A DNA stretch of 62,951 nt, counting the filler, from Bonamia ostreae (Eukaryota), in the NCBI GenBank assembly GCA_040357525.1. It is 19 parts of 19 records of this genome, joined end to end, with 100 filler letters (N's around TTAATTAATTAA, not from the genome) between each part and the next. Parts side by side here need not be neighbours in the genome. Positions count along the whole stretch, not along the records: positions 23,591 to 26,828 come from JBDODL010000557.1; positions 26,929 to 30,154 come from JBDODL010000558.1; positions 30,255 to 33,450 come from JBDODL010000560.1; positions 33,551 to 36,744 come from JBDODL010000561.1; positions 36,845 to 40,030 come from JBDODL010000562.1; 14 more parts are not named here. One strand, written 5' to 3'. A model generated the notes under the pieces. It ran no database searches and had not been told where the DNA came from. It saw only the letters and a program-made list of their open reading frames with translations. The translations under genes were made by a program, and so were the position numbers. Below are positions 25,701 through 38,177 of the stretch, piece by piece (position 1 is the stretch's first letter; the number at the start of each line of letters is the position of its first letter).

Positions 25701-26979
25701 GTGATTTTAATATTCAGTCAAATTAAAACTTATTGATGTACATGTATTAGAAAAAATATGAAATACCAGAATGGGTTTTCCTTCTTTGATCGTTGTTGAA
25801 TCTTGCATACTTTTTTTAAAAATATTAAAATCATTAATTTATCAGGTTTCGATTGAAAGCGAACTTTGGAATTCGACATTATTTGGTTGATAATTATCAA
25901 TATGGAATTAACAATGTTAAGTGATAGAAGTGAATATAAATGCAAACCACAAAAGGATATACAAATTTTATTCAACATTAAGTAGCAGCATTCGAATGCA
26001 ATTTACATCTATATTTTTTGTGTCTATTTCTAGTAGCTACACATGTTCAATACAGAAAATTTAAATCAAGAAAATAAAGCAATAACGGCATCCTTTTCTA
26101 TCAGGAATTTGGAGTCCTTGAGATTACTGGGGATAATAAAAAATAAATTGTGGTTAAAGAGACGAGTTCTTTTTATTTTGCCAAGTGGCTCTCAGTCACG
26201 TGTCCTTCATGTGAAATTTAAAACACCGAATCCATAAACCACATTAGTTATTTACACAAAAAAGAAACCTTACTGCTATGACCGTGGGCGTTATGTATAC
26301 ATTACTAAGGTTAAAACAATGATATCTCACCAACAACTTATGAAGCCCAAATATCAATGTACCATTCTCGAATTGAACGTAAACAACAATTACCCTGTAA
26401 AACTCCTTTGAAAGAAAATTCATTACGGTATAAAACGAAAATTATAAACAATGCATTATTGTTCTTACTCGATGTTATTCATCGTTTTATCTTCCCGAGT
26501 TTAATCCATAATGTTTTATAGTTTATAATGCTTCCTTGTTGAAAGAGAATATAAACTTTTTGATTCACACAGTGATTATGTGCGTGGAGACGTAATGTTA
26601 TTGCTGCATGTCAACATTTAAAGGGATTGGTTCACGTTTTTTATTTTATTTTTCATTCCTGTTTGATGATAAACATTAGTAGTATAACTTGTTCAATGTT
26701 GTCAAGACTCGAGTCTTTCATAATGAGAAAAAAGACTGATTAGTTTTTCGCAAAGGTTCGTTTTAGACATCGATTCCTTTCAGTTGGTACATGTATATAT
26801 GTACCACATATACCTTAAGTATATTATGNNNNNNNNNNNNNNNNNNNNNNNNNNNNNNNNNNNNNNNNNNNNTTAATTAATTAANNNNNNNNNNNNNNNN
26901 NNNNNNNNNNNNNNNNNNNNNNNNNNNNACATTAAACTACTGCAAATCTTACATGATGACCAAACTGTAAAAATAAAAA

Positions 26980-29900
26980 TCACTTTTTATTTTCAATCAC
27001 TTTCGTTCTCCTGCGGCGCTTTTCACGTTGCGGCTTCGAATAAAACCGTTCGACTGATTTATCTCTTTCTCTTTTCTGCGATTTTTTCAAATCGAATCCT
27101 TTCACCGTTTCAAAAATCGGCACTTTTTTCGCCGATTCTTTGCGACCTTTTTCAATTGTTTTGTTTTGTCGTTTCTGACTTCCCGACATTTCATTGCGCA
27201 CATTTGAACTCGCCACTTTTTCTCTCTCTTCGTTCTTGTTATTGCTTTGACTCGAAATCTGGCTTTTTCTGGTTTCGTTTTCTTTCGTTTCTTTTTTCTG
27301 CAGCAATTGCCTTTTCAGATTCTCCATTCTTTGTTTCGATTGATTTAGCCGAACATATTTTCGACTAAATCGCTCCGGGAGCACTGTGTTTTTGTTGCGT
27401 TCTAATAAGCCGAGTAAGCTCACAAGAATCGTCTAATTTAAGAAATTGGTAAATTGTTAAAATTTTTTTTGGATAAACTTTCAGATTGCTCTGGTTTTCA
27501 ACAACGCCGATCACTTTTTGTGTCAGTCTTTTTGTTAAATTTTCCAAATTTTTGTTGTTGAAAAGATTTTTGTTGTCGAAATTTATTTTTGTGAATTTTT
27601 AAAACTGTTTTATTTCTTCCAAATGAGGTCGGAAAAGAGGGAAAACAGAATTTATTTGTTTCAAAATTTGCGCCGTGTTCGTTATTGCAGTGTTTGCGTT
27701 CCGAAGCAAATCTTTTCTCGTGTTGTTGCTCAAAATTTTTGCAAACGTCTAAATTTAGTCCAATTTATTTTAAGTTTCAAAATTTCAATTTTGTGGATAA
27801 AAAAATTTAAATTTAAACGAAAAAAATTTTTGTGAATCCGATAGAACAAAAAATTTGAAAAACGAAAACATTTTGAAAAACAAAAAAAGAAAAATTTAAA
27901 AAAAATGTCTTGAATCCGATAGAACAAAAAAATTTGAAACGAAAAAAAAATTTAAAAAACGAAAAAAATTTCAAAAACAAAAAAAAAAATTAAAACGAAA
28001 AAAAATTTGTCGTGAATCCGATAGAACATCAATCTGAACTCTTCCGAGTCATAATAAGACTTGTTGCCTCGCATAAAACAAGGGTTGTCCGTCGCCAACT
28101 TTTCGAACCGAATTTTGTCGGTGCAAAATTCCGAAGAAGTGCTCAGAAATTGTCTTAGAAAGCGCCCAAAGTTCGATGCCTCGTCTTCAGTAGCCGATTG
28201 AATCAAAGACGGCAACATTTGGTACAAATTTTGTGTAAAGTTTACGAACGAAAGACCCGCTAGATTTTTGGACATCGCCAAAAAGATAAAATTCGCAGAA
28301 TAAACTGCGTCGTGCGCTATAATTTTTTGTGTTAAATAAATTTTTTCCAAATTATTTTTTAACAAAGCAATTATTTTAAAAAATTTTAAATTGTTTTTAG
28401 CAAAGCAATTATTTTAAAAAATTATAAATTGTTTTTAGCAAAGCAATTATTTTTAGCAATTAATACATATTTACGCTTTTTAATAAAATTCAACAACAAT
28501 TCTAAAATTTAAAAGTTTCGAATTATTAAAATTTAGCCAGAATTGATTACAAAACGGGAATAGACGCACCGAGGAAGAACACAAATTTCGAGAAAAACTC
28601 TGTTCGCATTTTCAACATCGAAACATTTTGAAGGCTCGTTCATTAGTTCACATTTGGTCAAAAAGTTGTTTTTGAGCAAAATTCTGTTTTTAAGTTCTTT
28701 TTTGAGTTTTGCTGCGACGCTCGCAGCCGTTTTCTTGGTTTCTCTGTCGGAGTTGATTTTGCTAAACATTTCAATTGTATCTTTGTAAAGATTTTCTGCC
28801 TTTTCTGTCATCAAATATGACAACTCTCCCATCCAAAACAACATGTAAAATTTAGTAGACACTCCACAGTCTTTTTATTTAGAAAGTGACTCGTTTGGCT
28901 AAATCGCAATTGAGTTTTGCAGTAATTTTCACTTTTTGTGATCAAATCTTATACTAAACATCGATACAAATTTTTTGGGCGAATACAATTACAATTGACT
29001 AAAAATTTTTAAAGTTACTAAAAATCGACTAAAACCTTTAAAATTTTCAGCCAAATATTCGGAAACGGCTTTTTCCGTTGATTCGATGTCGACTTTGGTT
29101 TCGACATTTAAACTGATTCTGCGCGACAAAGAGAAAATTTCCTGAGGACGCAGTTTTAGATCTTTGAACATGACGTTTATTGGAGGAACATAAGTTGCAT
29201 ATTCCTCATTTCCAAGATTTCTACAAATTTTATATTCGTCACCAAAAAATGTTTGAGTCGATGTAAATTTTGGAATAAGAAAAACAGAGCCAAAAATTCG
29301 GCAAGAGAGAAAAATGTTCTGCACGAAATTGAATGTTGGAACGACAGTGTTTGGACGCCATTAATTCCAAGTTCCAAAGTGCAGTTCCAAAAGATTGCTT
29401 TTATGTTCGCAGCGATTTTTATCAATAATGGCTGAATAGCGTTCGATTCGTACAACGAAAACATTAGAATTGTATTTCTATAGTTTTTGTAGTTCTTTCA
29501 ATTTTGACATTAAAAATGGATTAAAGTTGCGGAAAGAAAAGTTAAAAATTCGGAACATTATTTTTTAAAAGATTTTTCGCGCCTTTCAACACAACGCTCT
29601 TCAAAACGCCGGGGAAACATGTTGTTTCTTCGTCGTCCTTTGACAATTCCTAATTTTAAAATTTGGCAAACCATCACGTCGACATTACTGACCGAACCCA
29701 TTTCTTTTATTATCTTTTCGAGCAAATATAAATTTGTCGCTAATCCGATTTCAACCTTTGCAATTTTTTAAAGTTTCTCGTTTATCAAAATTATTGACAA
29801 AACAAATTTTCTTAAATAGTGAGCAATTTTTAGTAAAACAAATTTTTAGAAACAAATTTTAATGTTAAATTTTTATAAACAGAATAAGCGGCATATGCTA

Positions 29901-30047
29901 CCAACGGCCTAAAATCGACCAGAGAATATTCACAAATGAATAAGCATGCGAATTCAACTAAGTTCTGGTACCAGACGCTAACGACGTTTCCATTTTGATC
30001 CAACTTGTTTTTGTTTGGATCTGATAAAGCGTTTATCACACAGAATC
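26980..30047 (-). CDS. THOC2: THO complex subunit 2, C-terminal part
   Basis: WYQNLVEFA, STKFYMLFW, FLEICVLPRCVYS, DAVYSANF, TEDEASNFGRFL; basic tail. Confidence 0.88.
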
Positions 30048-30272
30048 TTAAATAACAGATTGTTTTTAATATAAAATATTTCTAGTTCGTTAAAAATTGT
30101 TCAATAAAATTAATGTTCAATCGATTAAATAAAATTGTTCAATCAAATTAATATNNNNNNNNNNNNNNNNNNNNNNNNNNNNNNNNNNNNNNNNNNNNTT
30201 AATTAATTAANNNNNNNNNNNNNNNNNNNNNNNNNNNNNNNNNNNNNNNNNNNNAAACGTTTTTATAAAAAA

Positions 30273-32186
30273 TTAAAACCTGAAACTTTTAGCGCCAATC
30301 TTTTTATTCTCCAAATTTTTTAAAGATCGAATTGCCGAACTCATTGTCACCAAATCTATCGCTCCGCCCCAATCAACTTCAGGTTTTATCAAAGCTGCAA
30401 TCCCCGCAAAAATCACGGTTATACCCAACGCCATCAAAGCGGCCACATAATCCAATACGAAAATTAAAGCGATTCCAATGATCGCAGCCGTCAAAGAGAC
30501 GTAAGCGTTGTAAAACCGGAAATTTGGACGCCAATTCGGCGTTTTTTGGAAAGAATGAAGGAAGCAAGCAAAATTAAGCACAGTGTATGTTATCACCGTG
30601 AAAGCGGTGATAACGGGAGCTATGATATCAAAGCTTCCCGGTAATATGAAAAGAGCGGAAATGACGAAGACCGTTAATTGCAGTTTCAAGCGCATATGAC
30701 GCCCTTTAAAGACTTTTAGCGGGCGCAGAAAGTTGTCGTTTACAATTCCCTTTTTTATTGCAGCCGCGATTTTTAAGTTTTTTGCTGATATAAAAACAAC
30801 AAATTTTTTTTGTTTTTGTCAATTTTAAAATAACAAATTTTTTGTTTTATCAATTTTACAACAACAAATTTTTTGTTTTTGTCAATTTTAAAACAACAAA
30901 TTTTTTGTTTTATCAATTTTAAAGCAACAAATTTTTTGTTTTATCAATTTTAAAGCAACAAATTTTTTGTTTTTGTCAATTTTAAAGCAAATTGTAAATA
31001 AATTAAACGCCAAGAAGATTCGGCGCGATATTAAAATTGGTAATCGCTTGAGAAAGAATGCTTGCAATCAAACTCACGTTGACGACCCACTTGTTGATCG
31101 CGATTTTAGACAGAATCAAATCCACTCCAACGAGGTTTTTGCCCAGAACACTCGACGACATCACGATCCCCAACAGAAGATATGTGAAAGTCGAAATCGC
31201 TTTGGTAAAGCTTTCAAAACCTACTCCGCTCATCATTCCTCTTGGCATCGACTTTTCAGGTTTCTCCAAACTCTCCGCTGTGTTCGCTCCCGACATTACG
31301 CCGAGTGTGCCCGGAAAGAAAATCCCGGTCGCCAAGAAGAACTCCGCGAAAGTTGGAATTCTGCAAAATTACACAAAAACTTTACGTTCGCGCGGATCGT
31401 CGCCGCGGAAAAGCCTGCGATGAGAGGATTGCCGCCTCTGCTTTGCCAATAAGCCATTCCAACAAAAACACAGATCAAAGAAACGACGATAAGCGGAACG
31501 ACCACGAAGATCTGGAGAACGAAAAGAACTCGATTCTGTGCGACGCTGAGCGCGAAGACGAGAAGAAGCAGAAAGATGGACAGAACTTGCTCGAAAAAAC
31601 GGAAATTGGGTTGGAAAATGGCGTCCAGCGCTTCGGCCAAACCGAGCAGATACAGCGAAATGGAGAAGCAGTTCGCCAAGAAAAACTGCATTCCGATCGT
31701 AAATCCAAAGCGCGGTCCGAGGGACCGCGAAACCAGAAAATAAACGCCGCCGTAATGGATTTCCCCGTTCGTTATAATGGCGCACACCGAAAGAACAGTC
31801 AGAAACACGATGGCTTCGCAGAGCAGCACGAGAATAGGTCCGAAAACAATGCCGACGTTTCCGAAAACAGGGGCCAAGCGTGTAAACAAAACGACTCCGA
31901 AAATGCTGAAAAGTCCTCGGAGAAGCACTTCGCCCGTAGAACCAATTTTTAGAAAAATGGCGCGAAAAAGCAAATTCATTTGCGTGAAGTTTTGTTGTTC
32001 GGAAGACGGATCGGAGCTATGAGAGATCTCCTCGGAATAAATTTTGTCGGAGAGAATTTCTTTCAGCGTGCTTTTTCGGTTTGTGCTGGTTTGGTTGAAA
32101 AGGAGATGCGCCAAAGACGGCCGTCGTTCAGAACTTTTTAATAACCCGCGATGACTTTCTATATTCCATTTCGTTGTTGAATCCAT
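30273..32186 (-). CDS. SLC12 cation-chloride cotransporter, 3' truncated
   Basis: IFGVVLFTRL, TNGEIHYGGVYFLVSRSLGPRFG, FFPGTLGVMSGAN, PNWRPNFRFYN, VDWG. Confidence 0.92.
30797..30995. repeat. Intronic ~30-bp minisatellite (about 6 copies)
   Basis: TTTTGTTTT(T)RTCAATTTTAAA(R)CAACAAAT units inside an SLC12 intron. Confidence 0.9.
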
Positions 32187-32391
32187 TAAGCTGCAGCTTA
32201 AAATCGGGTTTAACAATTATATTGAAAACGCCAATAAAAGTTTTAATATATTTTGGTCACAGCAGATTTTTGTTTTAATGAACAGAAATTTGCAAATTCA
32301 AATATTTTACAAAATATTTTTTTGTTTATCTAAACTAAAGTCGAAAAAAAATTTAGTCAAAAGAGAAAAATGTGTTTGTGAGAAAAAAAAT

Positions 32392-32892
32392 TTAGTACAA
32401 AAGACCTCCAAACAATCGATGTTTCGGAGATTTGATTTTACAACGCTCTAAAACAATATTTTCCATTGTTTCCATTTCGTCGGAATGGTCCCAGCCAACT
32501 AAGTGCAGAAAACCGTGCACTATCAACAAACGCATGTAATTTTCAACTTTGAGCGCACAATTTTCCAAATTGCAATTTGGGTTCAACCCCAATTTTTGCT
32601 TGAAATAAAAGGGCGCGATATAAATGTCGCCAAGTTGTTTTTGACATAAAAATTGTTTGGGGGATTTGCTTTCTGTGGCGTCGAACTGGCTGCGGAATGA
32701 CAAAATGTCGGTTGCTTTGTCTTTTTGTCGAAAAAGATTGTTCAGATATTTCATTTCGTCGTTCAAAATCAGCGAGAGATTGAAAGAACACTTTTTCAAA
32801 TTTAGAAAAAAGAGGATTTCTTTCGCGTTTTCGCGGAAAAAGGAAGAACGCATATTGGAAAATTTTTCGTGTTTGAATAACCGACAAGACAT
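32392..32892 (-). CDS. YBEY: YbeY endoribonuclease (probably mitochondrial)
   Basis: LNNLFRQKDKATDILSF, LGDIYI, HGFLHLVGWDH metal-binding motif; basic N-terminal extension. Confidence 0.92.
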   Translation of the reverse strand: MSCRLFKHEKFSNMRSSFFRENAKEILFFLNLKKCSFNLSLILNDEMKYLNNLFRQKDKATDILSFRSQFDATESKSPKQFLCQKQLGDIYIAPFYFKQKLGLNPNCNLENCALKVENYMRLLIVHGFLHLVGWDHSDEMETMENIVLERCKIKSPKHRLFGGLLY

Positions 32893-33726
32893 AAATTTTG
32901 GCTAAACAAACAATAGCGGTAATTCATAAAGTTTTAACAAATTTTTTATATAAATATTGGCTAATAAAAATTTTTAATAATGGTTTTAAATTAATTGATT
33001 TAAAAGTTAAAGAGTAAAATATTAAATTTTGTTGAAAAGAGCTAATTTTAGAAAAATTGACAAAAAAGATCAAATTCCCAGAAACTGAAGAAAACTGAAA
33101 AATTTATCGTTGCTTCGAACTTTATAAATTAGCCGAATTAAAATTTGATTTTGATATAATTTTTCATTAACGAAAAAAGTCATTTTTATGGTTTCTGCTA
33201 AATTTTAGTTATAAAGATTCTTCTCTGTTTTTGCTAAATTTATGTTTTATCCTTCTAAGATTTTATGCGAAAGCGGTATAATTATTTTTAAGAAATTATT
33301 CGATTTTTTTATGTTGCACTAACAATCTTTAAAATTTTTCAAAATTAACCTCAAAATGGCGTATACGCCTTCGCTTTGCTTTCGTTTGGTTTTCCACTGT
33401 AACTTTGTTTCGACGATTGATCATTGTTTGCTTTTTTAAAATAAAAATAANNNNNNNNNNNNNNNNNNNNNNNNNNNNNNNNNNNNNNNNNNNNTTAATT
33501 AATTAANNNNNNNNNNNNNNNNNNNNNNNNNNNNNNNNNNNNNNNNNNNNCATCTTTTAGCCAATAGGTTTGCATCCGAGATGCAAAAAGAATCGAAATG
33601 AACCAGAAGAAAGGCAAAAAAAGTTTATGAATGAGTTCTTTAATTAAAACGGAAAATTTTGAATTTACAAAATCAAAATTTGTTTGATTTTTACAAACAG
33701 ATCAATGTTTGATAATGATCAGTTAT

Positions 33727-33918
33727 TTAATAATCAAATGTAATTCGATCATTAGTTTGACAACAAAATTTGAAAACTTTGTCATATCCCGCACTAATTC
33801 GTTCAAAGAATCCATAAGCCAATGAACGTCCTACACAATAAATTATTGCAAATAGTATAAAAGCAATAGCAATTATAATACCAACCGAAATACCAACTAC
33901 CATTAAAACGGATTCCAT
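33727..33918 (-). CDS. Small single-TM hypothetical protein
   Basis: 63-aa ATG ORF with a long hydrophobic N-terminal segment. Confidence 0.4.
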   Translation of the reverse strand: MESVLMVVGISVGIIIAIAFILFAIIYCVGRSLAYGFFERISAGYDKVFKFCCQTNDRITFDY

Positions 33919-34382
33919 TTTATTTGTTATTTGGTTTGTTATGTTTTTATAGTTTAAATATTAATTAGAAACTAATCGAATCTGAAAATTAAATTAGAAA
34001 TTTAAATAATCCTTAAAATTGATTAGATTTAAACAATTTTTATAGTTTAATTAGAAACATGAACGAAGACTAAATTTTTGTTCATTTTTTGTCAATTCAA
34101 CTTCAAATTATATCCTTAAATTAAATTTTTGTATCAAAGATCAGTTTATGTATGGTGTAACAATGATTAAAAAACAGATTGGTAAAATCTGAGTTTTATA
34201 AATTATTTGGTTTTTATTAAAATGATTTGGTTTTTTATTAAAATGATTTTAAACAAGATAATTTTCGTTAATAATCCAAAAATTTTCATTTAAATGAAAT
34301 TAAAATTAAACGAAAAACTTGGAAGAATGAAAATTAATCTAAAACGTTGGAGTTCGCTGGAAATGTATGAAATCTAACAAAA

Positions 34383-34490
34383 ATGGCAGTTACAAAAGAT
34401 GGCAATTGTTTGTTTAGAGCGTGTTCAAAAGTTTTTTTCGGAACAGAAGAGCGCCGTTAAACATTGAGAAATCAGTTTAATCAGCTGATT
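34383..34490 (+). pseudogene. OTU-like cysteine protease remnant
   Basis: MAVTKDGNCLFRACSKVFFGTEERR*TLR; in-frame TAA at 34458-34460. Confidence 0.6.
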
Positions 34491-34644
34491 TTTTCTTGTG
34501 AAAGTGAATTGATTTTTTTTAATAAAAATTTAAATTTACAATTTTATTGTTACATTGATTTTTTTGTTGCAAAAAATTGCAATTATTTTTCAAAAAATTT
34601 GGTATTTCATAAACTTATAAAACATAAATTGTAAAAATAAAAAA

Positions 34645-36744
34645 TCATGAATTTAATTGATCACCAAGCGATTTCCTTCTTCCTTTTAACGATTCATATG
34701 TATCTAAAATTTTCTAAAATTTACCGAATTCAAGATTATTTTTCGAGTTGTCATTGTTTTCAACATTTTTATCGAATATCGCCATTTTTGGTCTTTTTAA
34801 ATAAATTTGTAAATTTTCAACATTTAATTTAATAAAAAACCTTTTCCTTTCGTCAGTTTCGATTAATTTAAAATTAGTCGAAAATCTTTTTCGGCGCTGC
34901 GGTGTGCGTCCGGTTTGTTTATAAGACGAATATTCTTTTAAGTGATTTGAAAGTCGCTTTTTTAACAAAGAAATGAATTCTTTGTTTTTTAAATTTTGGT
35001 TTTTTTCCGATTTGGCCAAAATTTCGGTACAATTTTGCAATTTTGAAATCAAATTTGTAACTTTGTGTGAAAACTGATCAAAATTATTTTTTACAGTTTT
35101 TGTAAACTGCGGGGCACTTTTTTCTTCAAAATCTTTTAAAGTTTTTTCTATTTTTGTTTTATCTGTTTCGGCTTTTTTGTTATGTCGATTCAAAAATTAG
35201 TCAAATTTGCAAAAATGCAAAAAATCAATTTTTACAAATTATTGGAAACAAATTTTAGCAAAATCTTCAAAATGTTTAAAATTGCTAAAAATATCATTTT
35301 TGAGCAATTTGGAAAAATTATCAATTTCTTCAAAATATTTTTGAATATTCTCTTCGTTAAAATCTTCAATTGATTTTGTGGAGTTTTTTAAATCATTCTC
35401 TTTGGCTAAAACTGTTTCACTAAATTTTTCGTGTTCGTTTTTACAATTATTATTGTTTTTTATCGAGTTTTTTTATTATTTCTGATATCGTTTTGCTATT
35501 ACTTTCATTGTCTTGTTTTAATAATATTTTAAATTTTTTTTGTAATTTTTATTAAATTTTAAAGCATTAATAAAATTAGTTTAATCAAAAACAATTTGAA
35601 AGATTTTGCAAATCTTCGTTAACAGAAAAAGCTAAATTTTGGTTAAATTTAAATCTTTCTTCATTTAAATTATTTATTGAATTTTTTATGTTTTCGACAA
35701 TTTGATAAAATCGCTTTTTCTGATTTTCATTTTCTGCTCCAGTTTTCTCTTTTATTTCTTTCTGAAGTTTTTCTATTCCCTTTTCCTGAATTTTGTCAAA
35801 ATTATTTAATTATAAAATTAGCTTTAAAAATTACAATTTGATTTTGTCTTTCGTCAAATTTTTTCGCCAAATTTATCAAAAAGTTGTTATTTTCTTGGCA
35901 AAAATCCGAGAATATTTTTTTGTGATTTTCAATATTTTCGACATTTTCTTCCATTTTCAAAATTATCTTTTTATCGAGTTTAAACAAAAGTTAAAATTTA
36001 GCCAAAATATTATTATTCGAGTTTAAACTTTAGAATTCCATGTTTTGATATTTTTTAACAATATCGAAAAATCATTTTTTGCAATTGTTATCAATCTTTC
36101 AACGCTTTTTTCACCATTTCCTAAAAGAGCTTTAGAAAAGTCCGAAAATTGTTTTTTAACGTTTTTTAGGTTATTTTCCGAATTTATTAAAATTGATTTT
36201 GTTTTGTCGTTGAGCAAATTTTTTTCTGTTATCAAATTATTTTCGATTTCTTTGACATCTTTTTCCAATTTTAAAATGTCCTAAATTTGAATTTGAAAAA
36301 TTACATTAAAAGAATCGATTTTAAATGTTCCAGCGATTTTTTTAAGATCGACGACCCATTTTTTGCTTTCGGCGGAAAATGATTTTCTGATCGAAGACGA
36401 TTGCGACAAAATTCCAAAAATATATTTTGCCAAAGAATTCGTCTTCGTTTTGTTGATTGTGTCTGTTTTTTCGGATTCGACTAATTTTTGGAATTTTGTC
36501 AAAATAACCAATTTTGGAGAAAAGCAAATCGTTGTCGTCGTAAAGTGAAGTAGAAAGTCTTTCGAGTCGATTGTTTTCGTTTAAGAGCAATTTTTCGTTT
36601 TTTTGAAACGAATTTAATAAACCGCTTTTTCTCGAAGAATCTTTTTCCGAGAGTTTTAAAGTTTTTTCTGATTTTTCGAGTTTGTTTTCTGCAGTTTCAA
36701 GATTTTTCTGGTTTTTAAGTTTTGTTTAGATTAACAAAAAATAA
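34645..36744 (-). CDS. Kinesin-5 (BimC/Eg5) stalk and tail; motor domain lies beyond the contig
   Basis: Long coiled coil ending in a BimC-box-like YKQTGRTPQRRK. Confidence 0.65.
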
Positions 36745-36844
36745 NNNNNNNNNNNNNNNNNNNNNNNNNNNNNNNNNNNNNNNNNNNNTTAATTAATTAA
36801 NNNNNNNNNNNNNNNNNNNNNNNNNNNNNNNNNNNNNNNNNNNN

Positions 36845-37317
36845 AGCCCTTCCCCTTGCACAAGCTTAACACCGTCGATTTCCATTCCTGCTTTTAATGC
36901 TTTTTTTAAATTAGCTGTATCCAATTTAGGCTCTTGTTCAATTAAATAATGCGTTGGTATATTTTCCTTGCTATCTACAATTAAACTTGCGGGATTTTTC
37001 TGTATTCCAAAACTAAAAAAGTCTGTTTTAAACTTACGTTTGCTTGTTTCAATCATTGCTGTTTCAAGGTTTTTCTTAAGTGCTGTAATTTTATTCTCTA
37101 AAAACTTGCGTTTTTCGGACAGCCTTTTTTCTTCTGTTTTTAATCCGTCTACATCTGATTTAATGTTTTTAATAAGTTTTGCGTAGTTGTCTGCTTTTAA
37201 TTCTAATTCAAAATCTAAGCTTTCCATTGTGTCGTTAAACGTTTGATCGTCAATTTCTCCATTGTAAACCATTTCTTCTAGTACTTTAAAGTTGTTAGTT
37301 AATTCATAAATATTCAT
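36845..37317 (-). CDS. Siphovirus Gp157 family protein (3' end at contig edge)
   Basis: MNIYELT...KADNYAKLIKN...KFKTDFFSFGIQKNP...IDGVKLVQ; GGAGG upstream of the ATG at 37317. Confidence 0.9.
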
Positions 37318-37617
37318 TGTGTTACCTCCATTTATTTTTATTTTTATAACTCGCGTCTGATTTCTTCTTGCTCCTGCATCCATTCAGTGCATTTCTGTGG
37401 TTCTCTGCCTTCTTGGTAACATTGTTCTAGGTATATGCGGTAGTTTCTATAATCTATTTTCATTGTTTATCCTCCTTGTTTATCTTCCAATCTTCCGGGA
37501 AATTATATATAGTGCATTCATTACCGTTGTAAAAAATACATTTCTTGCATCCTTCTTGATCGTAGCAATGCCTTTTTAAATTAACAGCCGATTCTATTAA
37601 CTCTTTGTCGCTCATAT

Positions 37618-37854
37618 CTATTCCCCTTTTCTTTCTTTTAATGTTTGCTTAACTAATTCATCATCTTGTATCATACCCAAAAATATTACGTCATGTTCAA
37701 CTCCCGAATGTATACCATACAAAAAACAACTATTCGGATTTTCGTAATCCAATATGGGGCAATCGTCGTAGTAATCTGGTAATTCTTTTATGTCACCTAC
37801 TGTTAATATTTCTGTATCATTACATATTCTAATCCTTTTCATATCTGGTATCAT
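37618..37854 (-). CDS. Hypothetical phage protein
   Basis: 78-aa ORF coupled by TAATG to the upstream HTH gene; AGGAG upstream. Confidence 0.7.
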   Translation of the reverse strand: MIPDMKRIRICNDTEILTVGDIKELPDYYDDCPILDYENPNSCFLYGIHSGVEHDVIFLGMIQDDELVKQTLKERKGE

Positions 37855-38072
37855 TATTTTACTCCTTTCTTAAATCCCCATATTTCACACACTAATTCTG
37901 GTTTAATGTCTAATATGTTTACCAGTGTAGTTATAACGCTAGTTGAAAACCCTGTTTCTCCGTTTTCTTTTCTGTGATACGTAACTCTAGTAATTCCCAT
38001 TTGATTTGCCACTTGCGATTGCGTCATTAATTTTGATGCCCTGCACATTTTAAGTAAATTGGCCATATACAT
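37854..38072 (-). CDS. XRE/Cro-family helix-turn-helix regulator
   Basis: MTQSQVANQMGITRVTYHRKENG; GGAGG RBS. Confidence 0.9.
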   Translation of the reverse strand: MYMANLLKMCRASKLMTQSQVANQMGITRVTYHRKENGETGFSTSVITTLVNILDIKPELVCEIWGFKKGVK

Positions 38073-38094
38073 TTTGTATCACCTCCATGTACAT

Positions 38095-38123
38095 ATAGTA
38101 TCATGGCCGTATACATTTGTCAA
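38095..38123 (-). promoter_or_regulatory. Sigma-70/A promoter upstream of the HTH gene
   Basis: TTGACA-17 bp-TACTAT with an extended TG. Confidence 0.85.
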
Positions 38124-38145
38124 TAGTTATTTTAAATTAATTTGT

Positions 38146-38172
38146 AAAAAAATAAAAGCCCCGAAGGGCTTC
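38146..38172 (-). terminator. Rho-independent terminator after the XkdM-like gene
   Basis: AAGCCC-TTCG-GGGCTT hairpin followed by a T-tract. Confidence 0.9.
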
Positions 38173-38177
38173 TATTA

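Noticed and set aside
26785-26806. Near-palindrome TGGTACATGTATATATGTACCA
   Set aside because: Built from low-complexity TA/TACATGTA sequence that recurs in this host-like DNA
30967-32022. Long plus-strand ORFs overlapping SLC12, and similar antisense ORFs over ELP1, ProRS and PRP31
   Set aside because: Shadow ORFs opposite well-supported genes, with no recognisable motifs
37318-37383. N-terminal extension of Gp157 shown in the ORF track
   Set aside because: The GGAGG site places the real start at 37317, and the extension overlaps an upstream 39-aa ORF
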